NCBI GenBank assembly: GCA_031423615.1 | Contig: JANPFV010000104.1 | Location: forward strand, 32,170 to 96,169 | Direction of reading: 5' to 3' | DNA: 64,000 bases | Source of the DNA: Candidatus Omnitrophota bacterium | GTDB lineage: Bacteria; Omnitrophota; Gorgyraeia; Zapsychrales; JANLHA01 | In this document: piece by piece, positions 28,384 to 37,745 of the stretch | How positions within the stretch are numbered: position 1 is the stretch's first letter | How the letters are laid out: each line of letters begins with the position of its first letter | Translations under genes and position numbers: made by a program | Notes under the pieces: generated by a model | The model's database searches: none | Seen by the model: only the letters and a program-made list of their open reading frames with translations | Told to the model about the DNA's origin: nothing

Positions 28384-29806
28384 TATTCTTCATAGCGTGG
28401 TGTTTCGGCTGACCCTATGGTACGCCGTCTTTTTTACAGTCGCTTTAGTTGCGCTTTTTATTATTAGCCAGCGCATTCTTTTGTCTGATCTTATCAAAAT
28501 CACCGATCACGATTTGCTCATCAATTCTCAGAATTATGCCGTGGATATCAAAAAAGACACTTTGGAAGAAATCAAGGCCGATATCGTCGACGATGCCAAT
28601 CAGGAAGGGTTAAGCCGGGTTTTTTATCGCCTGCTATCTTCTGATTTAAAGGTTATCGCTTCTTCGGATTTGAGCCAGTGGGAGAATTTGAATTTCCTGG
28701 AATTAAATGAATGGGCCAAATTGTCAATGTCCCAGAATGTTGTTTATCGCACCATTAAGGCGGCAGACCATGGCGGGAAGGTGCGGGTTATTAATCGGGC
28801 CATCGGTGATGGAAAGTATCTTTTGCAGATTGGGAAAATCGTCCGGGATAATAAGGCCTTAATGGACCGCTACCAAACCATTCTGGGGAGTATTGTTCTG
28901 GTATCTTTGTTGTGCGGGATCGGATTAGGTTTAGGGATGATTAAAAAAACAATGGAAGGTGTGGAGCGGGTTACGGAAACTGCGCAGCGCATTGGCAAGG
29001 AAGGGTTGGGCCATCGGGTCCAGTCGGGTAAGGAAGGAATAGAAATTGAGCGCTTGGCGGAAACTTTTAATAATATGCTGGACCGGATAGAACGATTGAT
29101 GCTGGAGTTAAGGGATTTTACCAACAATGTGGCCCATGACTTGCGCACGCCGATTACGCGTATTCGCGGCTTTGCGGAGATGTCTTTATCAAACAAAGAC
29201 AAGACACCGAATGACACCGAAGGCTATGGGGTCATTATGGAAGAATGCAACAATCTTATTCATATCATCAATACGGTTCTGGAAATTGCCGAAACAGATG
29301 CCGGCCTTAGAAATTATCAAGAAATCCAGATGGACCTTAATGACCTTGTCAAAAAAGGATATGAGTTGTTCCTGCCTGTGGCCGAGGATAAGGAGATTGA
29401 ACTTACGTTCCAAGGACCTTTGGATCCGGTTATTATTTTTGGAAATGTTCCTCGGCTTCAGCGGATTGTTTCCAACCTTTTGGATAATGCTTTAAAATAT
29501 ACCGAAAGAAAAGGCGCAGTCCACGTCGAGGTCAAAACAAGTACGGATCATGCCCAAGTCTCCATTCGTGATACGGGCCTGGGAATGGATGAAGTCCATT
29601 TGAAACGGATTTTTGAAAAGTTTTACCGCATTGAATCCAGCCGTTCAACGCCGGGCCATGGTTTGGGTTTAGCCTGGGTCAAATCTGCTCTTACAACAAT
29701 GGGCGCAAGTATTACCGTCCACAGCGTTAAAGGAAGTGGCAGTATCTTTACTCTCTTAATTCCCTACCCTCCTTCTTCCAGTTCTCCCGACATTACAAAA
29801 ATGTAA
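28361..29806 (+). CDS. membrane sensor histidine kinase (HAMP-HisKA-HATPase)
   Basis: two TM helices, LAETFNNMLDRI, H-box AHDLRTP, NLLDNALKY, DTGLG, GHGLGL. Confidence 0.92.
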   Translation: MLWKKGNNILHSVVFRLTLWYAVFFTVALVALFIISQRILLSDLIKITDHDLLINSQNYAVDIKKDTLEEIKADIVDDANQEGLSRVFYRLLSSDLKVIASSDLSQWENLNFLELNEWAKLSMSQNVVYRTIKAADHGGKVRVINRAIGDGKYLLQIGKIVRDNKALMDRYQTILGSIVLVSLLCGIGLGLGMIKKTMEGVERVTETAQRIGKEGLGHRVQSGKEGIEIERLAETFNNMLDRIERLMLELRDFTNNVAHDLRTPITRIRGFAEMSLSNKDKTPNDTEGYGVIMEECNNLIHIINTVLEIAETDAGLRNYQEIQMDLNDLVKKGYELFLPVAEDKEIELTFQGPLDPVIIFGNVPRLQRIVSNLLDNALKYTERKGAVHVEVKTSTDHAQVSIRDTGLGMDEVHLKRIFEKFYRIESSRSTPGHGLGLAWVKSALTTMGASITVHSVKGSGSIFTLLIPYPPSSSSPDITKM

Positions 29807-29807
29807 T
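29792..29807 (+). promoter_or_regulatory. palindromic ATTAC-N6-GTAAT box (CzcR/CopR-type), with downstream TGtTATCTT -10 at 29837-29845
   Basis: ATTACAAAAATGTAAT is a 6-bp inverted repeat overlapping the kinase stop codon. Confidence 0.65.
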
Positions 29808-29880
29808 CTCCGCGTCAGGATAACATAATAGTCCTGTGTTATCTTTTGTTTATAGTCATAGTGACTCAAGGAGGAGAATT

Positions 29881-30714
29881 ATGGGGAGAATCGCAAAGGT
29901 TGTATTCGCATTACTCTTTTTTTCGCTCATAGTGGGAAAAGCAAGCTTTTCTGGAAATGGGCCAACTCCCAGTCTGGTCACATGTGAAATTCCCGTGGGA
30001 ACAAAGGTCATTCCCTTGCCGACAAAATATTTATACTTTGAATATAATTCCACCGAAGGAGATACTGTCATTCATGGATATTTTGACAGTGATTCTTTAG
30101 CGGAACTTTGCGTTTATGATCCCAGCGGTAAGCAGATTCTCACCGTGAAACCGCAAAACCAATTAAAGGATTTGACCATGTCTGAAATTTTCTTTGAGTC
30201 GGGTGAGCTGGGACATAAAGGAGTTCCCTTGCCAAAACATTTTGAGAATTTCCCCGAGGGATTTTATAAAGTGCGCGCTGTGGCTTTCGATGGCACGGGC
30301 TACGACGGTGCGGCGTGGCTGACCCATAATATTCCTAAACCTCCTAAAATGATTTTCCCGCCGGAAATGGTTAATGAGGCGGAGATTAATAGCCTTCATA
30401 TTTCTCCTGATAATGTCATTTTTCGCTGGGAACCGGTTAAGACAACCATTTTTGCAAAGCCCGTCAAAATTGATGGATATGCGGTGAGTATAAAAAAACT
30501 CTCTTATGCCCACCCCCATGGTTTTGCGCATCCCGTCTATAACGTGTGGGTCTTGCCAACCGTAACAAGTTTGACCATTCCTGATGAATTTTGGGAATCT
30601 GACACAGATTATGAATTTGAGGTGCTGGCTATCGAAGAGAGCGGAAACCAAACATCGGTTTCGGGATTTTTTAAAACCGGCAAGAAAAAGTTGTCGTCAG
30701 GAAACCCGATTTGA
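29881..30714 (+). CDS. secreted hypothetical protein with C-terminal fibronectin-III-like domain
   Basis: SD GAGGAG, signal peptide, FRWEPV..YAV..TSLTIP..TDYEFEVLAIEESGN pattern, HPHGFAHP. Confidence 0.7.
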   Translation: MGRIAKVVFALLFFSLIVGKASFSGNGPTPSLVTCEIPVGTKVIPLPTKYLYFEYNSTEGDTVIHGYFDSDSLAELCVYDPSGKQILTVKPQNQLKDLTMSEIFFESGELGHKGVPLPKHFENFPEGFYKVRAVAFDGTGYDGAAWLTHNIPKPPKMIFPPEMVNEAEINSLHISPDNVIFRWEPVKTTIFAKPVKIDGYAVSIKKLSYAHPHGFAHPVYNVWVLPTVTSLTIPDEFWESDTDYEFEVLAIEESGNQTSVSGFFKTGKKKLSSGNPI

Positions 30715-30767
30715 AGACAAAAGGAAGCAATTTTTAAAAAACAAAATCAGAATAGGGGGTAGGTGTA

Positions 30768-31076
30768 ATGATTGCACATCGAAAAATACCTTATGAAAGC
30801 ATTCAATTCCAGTATCTTATTGATATTCCCCATTGCCATTGCTTGTATGGGTCAGCCCGCGAAAGTGATACGGGTCTTTCTGTGCTTTTTCTCGTTTTTA
30901 GCCAAGAGAAAAAGATTTACCGACGCAATGGCTTGAAAGAAACGTGGGTTGAGCTTGACAACCCACAAGAGCATGCCCACATTCGCCGGCACCTTCTGCG
31001 GGCCATGGAAGATTCGGTTCCTCTTTATACCCTTAACGAAAATATTGTCTCCTTAGACCGGAACTTTTCTTTATGA
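30768..31076 (+). CDS. hypothetical protein
   Basis: 102-aa ORF with purine-rich SD, ATGA-coupled to the next gene; no recognisable family. Confidence 0.6.
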   Translation: MIAHRKIPYESIQFQYLIDIPHCHCLYGSARESDTGLSVLFLVFSQEKKIYRRNGLKETWVELDNPQEHAHIRRHLLRAMEDSVPLYTLNENIVSLDRNFSL

Positions 31077-32182
31077 ATCGGGCAACAACTCTTTCGCCTG
31101 ATAAAGTGGACGCCCATCTTTCCGTTGTCAACCGCGGTGCGCAATCCGTAAAATGTCGTACTCCCTTGGTGCGTGAATTTTTTGGAAGGACAATGGAAGA
31201 TTTAGAGGCGTGTAGGACAGACTTAAGACTCTCTCATGTGGACAAGGAAGAAATGAATTTATTGTTGATGACGTTTACTCGCTTGCTTGGCCAAGAGGCG
31301 CTCTTTTTGGATCGGTTAATCGCGCGAAACGTCATTTCTCCTTATACGTCATTGGAATTCTGCAGTGATCCTCAATACGCGCGTAAAATACCCCGAGGAG
31401 TCACCGTTAAAACCGGAACAAAGGACAATCCCATTCGCTTTGCGGTATTTTCTTCATGGGTCGCTCCCGCCAGTTGGCTGCATTTTATTTTACAGTTGAT
31501 TGTCATGAATCGTAATAAGGTGGACACGTCGTTTTTGTTATCGACAATATCGGAGGAGACCAAGGTCGGATTAACGAATTCAAAGCAGTGGAGATATGAT
31601 ATGGCGGCCAATTATGTCATTCCTTTATTCGCCCCTTTTATCAGGTTTTCCGATTTCGGAAATTTGCATTCCGAAGAAATAGAGTCAGCTCCGTGGGAAT
31701 TTCAGGGAAGGGTCTTTGACGGTGAAAAGGCGCGGAAATTAAATAGCGGAGAAGATGCCAGTTTTAAGTTTTTTGAACGTAATCCGAAACGCTACATCAC
31801 GATGTTTTACATCGTCGGATCGGATCATCAGCGCTGTGAGAGTCGCTATGATAGTTATGGAAAGATCCGTGATAATATTCGCGCCAGACGATTCGGTTTT
31901 GATCCGCAATATCACAAAGCCGTGATTGTTTTTGTAGGCCGCCCGGGTTTTTACGAAAAGGTAGAAAAGATAGCCGTCCCCGAAGATTTAAGGAAGGTGT
32001 TGTCCATTCAATTCCTGCCCGCGCCCATCAATATTGCCGTGGCGTCACGATTAATCCGCGAAGCCTTCTTAGGTCAACATCCGCATCAAATGGTCATGGC
32101 TCCGCATGCGGCCTTGAATTATATTTTGGACCATCCGCATGTTTTAGCCGCCTTAAAGCAAGCCGGTCAAATAGGTTCTTGA
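31073..32182 (+). CDS. hypothetical protein with degenerate NadD-like nucleotidyltransferase fold
   Basis: colinear NadD-like motifs: IRFAVF..., WRYDM, FYIVGSD, VGRPG, VASRLIRE, P.AALNYI. Confidence 0.6.
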   Translation: MNRATTLSPDKVDAHLSVVNRGAQSVKCRTPLVREFFGRTMEDLEACRTDLRLSHVDKEEMNLLLMTFTRLLGQEALFLDRLIARNVISPYTSLEFCSDPQYARKIPRGVTVKTGTKDNPIRFAVFSSWVAPASWLHFILQLIVMNRNKVDTSFLLSTISEETKVGLTNSKQWRYDMAANYVIPLFAPFIRFSDFGNLHSEEIESAPWEFQGRVFDGEKARKLNSGEDASFKFFERNPKRYITMFYIVGSDHQRCESRYDSYGKIRDNIRARRFGFDPQYHKAVIVFVGRPGFYEKVEKIAVPEDLRKVLSIQFLPAPINIAVASRLIREAFLGQHPHQMVMAPHAALNYILDHPHVLAALKQAGQIGS

Positions 32183-32326
32183 GTTTTTCCTTCGAAATAT
32201 TTTAATTTTCGCTGCTTTTAAATATCTGTGAAGTTAATTCCCAACCCCATAAATTTAAGTTATAGTTAAAAAGATTTGAGATCAATTAAACAGATTTTAT
32301 TTGCATCGGATTCTTAAGAGGCCCGT

Positions 32327-33292
32327 ATGACAATTAAAAAAATTGGTGTTTTGACGTCGGGTGGAGACGGGCCGGGGATGAATGCCGCTCTCCGGAGTGT
32401 TGTCCGGGCGGGGCTGGCGGCCCAATTAGAGGTCGCAGGAATCATCCGCGGCTATCAGGGCTTGATCGATGATGAAGTTGTTGCGATGGATCACCGTTCG
32501 GTTTCCAATATCATCAATCGCGGCGGCACCATTCTTAAAACTGCGCGCTCCAAAAAATTTGCCACCCCGGAAGGCAAGGACATTGCCTTTGCGACGTTAA
32601 AAAAACACAATATCGACGCGCTGGTTGTCATCGGCGGAGACGGCACATACAAAGGCGCCGTAGATTTAATGACCCGGCACAATTTCCCTGTGGTGGGTGT
32701 TCCCGGATCGATTGACAATGACATTTGTGGCACCGATGAAACCATCGGTTGCGCGACGGCGATCAACACGGCCTTGGATTCCATTGATAAAATTCGCGAC
32801 ACCGCGCAAAGCATGGAACGTATTTTTATTATTGAAGTGATGGGCAACCAAAGCGGATATATCGCTTTGCGCGTGGCCATGGCCGCGGGCGCGGAAACCG
32901 TCATCATTCCGGAAAGGACATTCGATTATAAAACATTGTGTCAGGAAATTCAGGAAGGCAATAAACGCGGTAAAATCAACTGGATCATTGTGACGGCGGA
33001 AGGGGCGGCGAAAGCCCCGGACGTTGCGCAATCCTTGACCATGATGACCGGTTTGCAAACGCGTTTTGTCGTCTTGGGCCATGTTCAGCGGGGAGGATCA
33101 CCCGTTGCGGCCGACCGGATTTTGGCCACCCGTTTAGGCGCGGCGGCCGTCGATTTGCTTTTAAAAGGGCAATACGGAAAGGCCGTGGGTGTTATGAATG
33201 AGCATATCCATGTGGTTGATTTGACACAAGCGTTGAGCCGGCCGGACAGCCGCACCGACGAATATCTGCATTTGATGAAGACCCTCAGTTAG
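32327..33292 (+). CDS. pfkA: ATP-dependent 6-phosphofructokinase
   Basis: TSGGDGPGMN, GGTIL.TAR, IGGDGT, PGSIDND, LGHVQRGG. Confidence 0.95.
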   Translation: MTIKKIGVLTSGGDGPGMNAALRSVVRAGLAAQLEVAGIIRGYQGLIDDEVVAMDHRSVSNIINRGGTILKTARSKKFATPEGKDIAFATLKKHNIDALVVIGGDGTYKGAVDLMTRHNFPVVGVPGSIDNDICGTDETIGCATAINTALDSIDKIRDTAQSMERIFIIEVMGNQSGYIALRVAMAAGAETVIIPERTFDYKTLCQEIQEGNKRGKINWIIVTAEGAAKAPDVAQSLTMMTGLQTRFVVLGHVQRGGSPVAADRILATRLGAAAVDLLLKGQYGKAVGVMNEHIHVVDLTQALSRPDSRTDEYLHLMKTLS

Positions 33293-33397
33293 ACTTTCTC
33301 CTCTAAAAAATTCCTGTCATTTTAAAACTTTGTGATAAAATGTTTGGAATTTTCCACGCCAATCTTGTACACGGGAATAATAACGAAGGGAATTTTT

Positions 33398-34390
33398 ATG
33401 ACCAAGATTTATTATGACAAGGATGCGGATTTAAACCGATTGAAAAAGCGGACCATAGCTATTGTTGGATACGGTATTCAAGGGCGCGGGCAGGCTTTGA
33501 ACTTGCGCGATAGCGGATTAAACGTCTTGATCGCCCAGCGACCGGGCGGGCCGAATTATGAACAAGCCATCAAGGACGGCTTTAAACCCGTCGATGTAAA
33601 GACGGCCGCACAACAGGCGGAGATTATTTTCATTTTGACCCAGGATCATTTGCAGGCTGATATTTATAATGACTCCATAAAAAAGTATATGAAAAAAGGC
33701 AAGACATTGGCTTTTTCTCATGGTTTCAATATTCATTTCAAACTGATCAAGCCTTCTAAGAATATTGATGTTTGGATGATCGCGCCTAAAGGACCGGGGG
33801 CCTTGGTCCGTCGTCAATTTGAGGAAGGTAAAGGCGTTCCGTGTCTGGTCGCGGTCCATCAAGACGCCTCAGGACACGCCCTGAAGGATGCTTTAGCTTA
33901 TGCCAAGGGTTTGGGCGGCACGCGCGGCGGTGTTCTTGAAACGACATTTAAAGAGGAAACGGAAACCGATCTTTTTGGGGAACAAGCCGTTCTCTGCGGC
34001 GGGGCCAGTGAACTGGTCAAAGCGGGTTTCGAAACCTTAACCAAAGCGGGTTATCAACCCGAAATTGCTTATTTTGAATGTCTGCATGAATTAAAACTTA
34101 TCGTTGATCTTATGTATGAAGGCGGGATTACCGGAATGCGCAAACGGGTGTCGGATACCGCCGAGTATGGTGATCTTACGCGCGGAAAGCGGATTGTTAA
34201 TGAGCGCACCCGTAAAGAAATGCAAAAAATTCTCAAAGAAATTCAAAAGGGAAAATTCGCAAAGGAATGGATGGCTGAAAATAAAAGCGGACGTAAGATT
34301 TTTATTAAAATGCGCAAAGAAGGAGAGAATCATCCCATTGAAAAAGTGGGTGAGAAGTTGCGTGGTTTGATGTCGTGGATGAAGAAATAA
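33398..34390 (+). CDS. ilvC: ketol-acid reductoisomerase
   Basis: [43 protein letters not shown]. Confidence 0.97.
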   Translation: MTKIYYDKDADLNRLKKRTIAIVGYGIQGRGQALNLRDSGLNVLIAQRPGGPNYEQAIKDGFKPVDVKTAAQQAEIIFILTQDHLQADIYNDSIKKYMKKGKTLAFSHGFNIHFKLIKPSKNIDVWMIAPKGPGALVRRQFEEGKGVPCLVAVHQDASGHALKDALAYAKGLGGTRGGVLETTFKEETETDLFGEQAVLCGGASELVKAGFETLTKAGYQPEIAYFECLHELKLIVDLMYEGGITGMRKRVSDTAEYGDLTRGKRIVNERTRKEMQKILKEIQKGKFAKEWMAENKSGRKIFIKMRKEGENHPIEKVGEKLRGLMSWMKK

Positions 34391-34490
34391 ATTGCTTTGT
34401 GCTGGGTCCTGTCCCTGCGGCACCCTGCCGGCATCGCTCCGCTGCTGGCGGCAGGGGACCCGCCTACGGGCCACCCAGTCGAAGCATAAT
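34391..34490 (+). other. 100-nt GC-rich imperfect hairpin between ilvC and leuA
   Basis: nested pairs TGCTTTG/CGAAGCA, CTGGGT/ACCCAG, CCTGT/ACGGG, CCCTGCCG/CGGCAGGG; loop TCGCTCCGC. Confidence 0.7.
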
Positions 34491-34531
34491 TGCAACCAAA
34501 ACCGGATATTTACCAAAGCTTATTTTTTATT

Positions 34532-36064
34532 ATGAAAACCGATAAAGTCTTAATTTTTGATACGACATTGCGTGACGGAGAGCAGGCTCCCGGCGCATCC
34601 ATGAACAAGGATGAAAAGCTGGAAATCGCTTATGCTCTGGAACGTTTGGGGGTCGATATTATTGAAGCTGGTTTTGCGGTCAGTTCGCCCGGAGATTTTG
34701 AATCCGTGCGTCAGGTGGCCCGGGCTGTCAAAAGTTCCACGGTCTGCAGTTTGGCCCGCGCCATTCGCAAGGATATCGATGCGGCCTATGATGCGGTCAA
34801 AATCGCCAAGAGCGGACGCATCCATGTTTTTTTAGCCACTTCCAAAATCCATTTGGAACATAAATTCAAAAAAACTCAGGACGAGATTTTGGCCATGGCC
34901 GTTGATGCGGTCAAATACGCCAAGTCCAAAATCCATAACGTCGAATTTTCCCCGGAAGACGCCAGCCGCAGTGAGAAGGAATTTTTGTACCGTATCTTGG
35001 AGGCGGTGATCAAGGCCGGGGCTACGACCGTCAATATTCCGGATACCGTCGGGTACAAGACCCCGGATGAATACGGAAAACTTTTTAGCGATATCCGCGA
35101 AAATGTTTCTAATATTCATAAGGCCGTCATTTCCACCCATTGCCACGATGATTTAGGTATGGGTGTGGCCAATTCTTTGGCCGCGATTAAGAACGGCGCG
35201 CGTCAGGTGGAATGCACAATCAACGGGATCGGTGAGCGGGCGGGTAACGCCGCGATGGAGGAGATCGTCATGGCTTTGCACACCCGGTCGGATTTTTATC
35301 ACTGTAGCACCAACATCAATACTAGAGAAATTTATAAAACTTCCCGTTTGGTCAGCAAGATGACCGGATTTTTGGTTCCGCCCAATAAAGCCATCGTCGG
35401 AGCTAATGCTTTCCGTCATGAAAGTGGGATCCATCAAGACGGGGTCCTAAAGGAAAAGTCCACCTATGAAATTATGAGCCCGGAATCTGTGGGGGTGCCC
35501 GTCGGAAATTTGTTTTTAGGAAAGCATTCCGGACGCCACGCATTTAAAGTCCGTTTGAAGGCTTTGGGAATTGAATTGAAGGAAGATGAATTGGACAAAG
35601 CCTTTGCGGAATTCAAGAAATTAGCTGACCAGAAAAAGCAGGTTTTTGATGAGGACTTGCTCGCCATCGTTGATGATGAAGTGAAAGTTTTTAAGCCTCT
35701 CTGGGAACTGGCGGATTTTAAGAATACCAGCGGCATGAACATCAAGCCGAAAGTCGAAGTGATATTAAAAAAGAAAGGCCAGAAAATCGCTGAATCTTCG
35801 TCGGGTGATGGCCCGGTGGATGCTTGTTATAAAGCGATCGATAAGATCACCGGTGTCAGGGGAGAATTGTTGGATTATGCTATTCAATCCGTCACCCGGG
35901 GTCAAGATGCCTTAGGCGAAGTCACGGTTAAGGTCATGGTCAATGGCAAAAGTGTCATCAGCCGGGCGTCCAGCACCGATATTGTTGTTGCTTCCGCCAA
36001 GGCCTATTTGAATGCAATCAATAAAATCATTTCGACAGCGGACGCAACGTCCCCGGATGTATGA
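34532..36064 (+). CDS. leuA: 2-isopropylmalate synthase
   Basis: FDTTLRDGEQ, HCHDDLG, GIGERAGNA, HESGIHQDG, GDGPVDA regulatory domain. Confidence 0.96.
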   Translation: MKTDKVLIFDTTLRDGEQAPGASMNKDEKLEIAYALERLGVDIIEAGFAVSSPGDFESVRQVARAVKSSTVCSLARAIRKDIDAAYDAVKIAKSGRIHVFLATSKIHLEHKFKKTQDEILAMAVDAVKYAKSKIHNVEFSPEDASRSEKEFLYRILEAVIKAGATTVNIPDTVGYKTPDEYGKLFSDIRENVSNIHKAVISTHCHDDLGMGVANSLAAIKNGARQVECTINGIGERAGNAAMEEIVMALHTRSDFYHCSTNINTREIYKTSRLVSKMTGFLVPPNKAIVGANAFRHESGIHQDGVLKEKSTYEIMSPESVGVPVGNLFLGKHSGRHAFKVRLKALGIELKEDELDKAFAEFKKLADQKKQVFDEDLLAIVDDEVKVFKPLWELADFKNTSGMNIKPKVEVILKKKGQKIAESSSGDGPVDACYKAIDKITGVRGELLDYAIQSVTRGQDALGEVTVKVMVNGKSVISRASSTDIVVASAKAYLNAINKIISTADATSPDV

Positions 36065-36924
36065 CAAAGGAAATTGCGACTTACGGCATTATTGGGAATC
36101 CCGTCAAGCACAGTCTTTCGCCCTTGATGCACAATGCCGCATTTAAAGAATTACGTGTTAAAGCTATTTATAAATTGTTTCTCCTTGAAGAGGAAGAACT
36201 GGAACCTTTCTTTAAAAGTCTGCGCGACAAGGAGTCCCCTATTTTTGGACTGAATGTAACGGTGCCCTACAAAGAAGCCGTCATCCCGCATTTGGACAGC
36301 ATCAGCGCTTTTGCCAAAAAGGCCATGGCGGTTAATACGATTGTGATTGATGAGAATCGCCGATTGACAGGGTATAATACCGACGGGCCGGGATTTTTGG
36401 CGCACCTGGTCGATCTGAAATTTAATACGCGGGGAAAACGAGTGGCTATTTTGGGAGCCGGAGGCACCACCCGGTCGATCTTAGCGTCGTTATGCCTTAT
36501 TCCAGAAAGACCGGAATCCATCAAGATTTATAATCGGACATCGGAAAAGGCCAGTCAAATGGTCAAGGATTTGTCTTTCCACATGGATGTCAGTTTGGTG
36601 ACTGTCGTCCCCTCAATCGATGATCTTAACATTGAGATTTCCGATCTTTTAATCAATACGACATCCGTGGGGCTTAATGATCCGCAGAGCTCCTTAGTCG
36701 ACGATGATCTTTTGCATCCGAATATGTTGGTGTATGATGTGGTCTACGAACCGAAGGAAACCTTACTTTTAAAACTTGCGGCCGCCAAGGGTGCTACGAC
36801 GGCCAATGGTTTGGGGCTTTTATTTTATCAGGGAATGCTTTCTTTACAGCATTGGGCGGGCCAGGAATTGCCGCAGAATGTTAAGGATAACGTTCGGGAA
36901 ACTTTAGAAGGGAAGGTCGAATGA
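36061..36924 (+). CDS. aroE: shikimate dehydrogenase
   Basis: HSLSPLMHN, NVTVPYK, AVNT, GYNTDG, GAGG. Confidence 0.95.
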   Translation: MTKEIATYGIIGNPVKHSLSPLMHNAAFKELRVKAIYKLFLLEEEELEPFFKSLRDKESPIFGLNVTVPYKEAVIPHLDSISAFAKKAMAVNTIVIDENRRLTGYNTDGPGFLAHLVDLKFNTRGKRVAILGAGGTTRSILASLCLIPERPESIKIYNRTSEKASQMVKDLSFHMDVSLVTVVPSIDDLNIEISDLLINTTSVGLNDPQSSLVDDDLLHPNMLVYDVVYEPKETLLLKLAAAKGATTANGLGLLFYQGMLSLQHWAGQELPQNVKDNVRETLEGKVE

Positions 36925-37745
36925 CAGAAATTGTGCTTCTTCAAGTTTTCATTGTTTTTTTAGGCGCTTGCGTGGGCAGTTTTTTAAACGTCTGTATTGT
37001 TCGAATGCCCAAAGAAGAATCGATTATAACTCCCCCCTCCCATTGTGTGGCCTGCAAAAAGACCGTGGCGTGGTACGATAATATTCCCCTCGTGAGTTAC
37101 TTAGTCCTCGGCGGAAAATGCCGTCATTGCTCAGCCAGATATTCCATGCGTTATTTTTGGGTTGAACTTTTGACGGCGTTTACTTTTTGGGGATTTTATA
37201 AAATTTTTGGGCTGACCCCTATGACCGCCGCTTACATAGTCATGGCCTGCGGATTTATCGTGGCAACGTTTGTAGATTTTGAATACCGGATCATTCCCGA
37301 TGAAATCAGTATCGGAGGGATGATGGCGGGACTCCTTTTTAGTTTTTTTGTCCCGGAATTGCATGGTGTTGCATCGTCGGGATGGGTCTGGGCGGATCAT
37401 TTTAAAGCCTTGGGTTTTTCTTTGATCGGGGTTTTGGTGGGAGGCGGATCCATCTATTTGATGGGCCTGCTTGGCGACGTTATTTTTAAAAAGGAATCAA
37501 TGGGCGGAGGCGATGTGAAACTCATGGCCATGGTCGGAGCATTCATGGGTTGGAAACTGGCTTTATTGACATTTTTCTTGGCGCCGTTTTTCGGCGCGTT
37601 TTATGGGATTGTCGAAAAAGTCCGCACCAAGGACAGCGCTATCGCTTACGGACCTTTTTTAGTTTTGGGCGCATTGCTCAGTCTTTTTTACGGGAACCTT
37701 ATCATCAATTGGATCATGCACGGGTATGGCCTCAGGTCATGGTAA
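36921..37745 (+). CDS. pilD: type IV prepilin peptidase
   Basis: GSFLNVCI.R.P, two CxxC pairs, WYDNIP, MGGGDVKL, YGPFL. Confidence 0.93.
   Translation: MTEIVLLQVFIVFLGACVGSFLNVCIVRMPKEESIITPPSHCVACKKTVAWYDNIPLVSYLVLGGKCRHCSARYSMRYFWVELLTAFTFWGFYKIFGLTPMTAAYIVMACGFIVATFVDFEYRIIPDEISIGGMMAGLLFSFFVPELHGVASSGWVWADHFKALGFSLIGVLVGGGSIYLMGLLGDVIFKKESMGGGDVKLMAMVGAFMGWKLALLTFFLAPFFGAFYGIVEKVRTKDSAIAYGPFLVLGALLSLFYGNLIINWIMHGYGLRSW

Noticed and set aside
37550-37738. long N-terminal extensions in the ORF track (aroK, and similarly xerC, rpsB, ilvC, leuA, the response regulator, tig)
   Set aside because: They overlap upstream genes, terminators or promoters; family motifs begin at the downstream ATGs used here.
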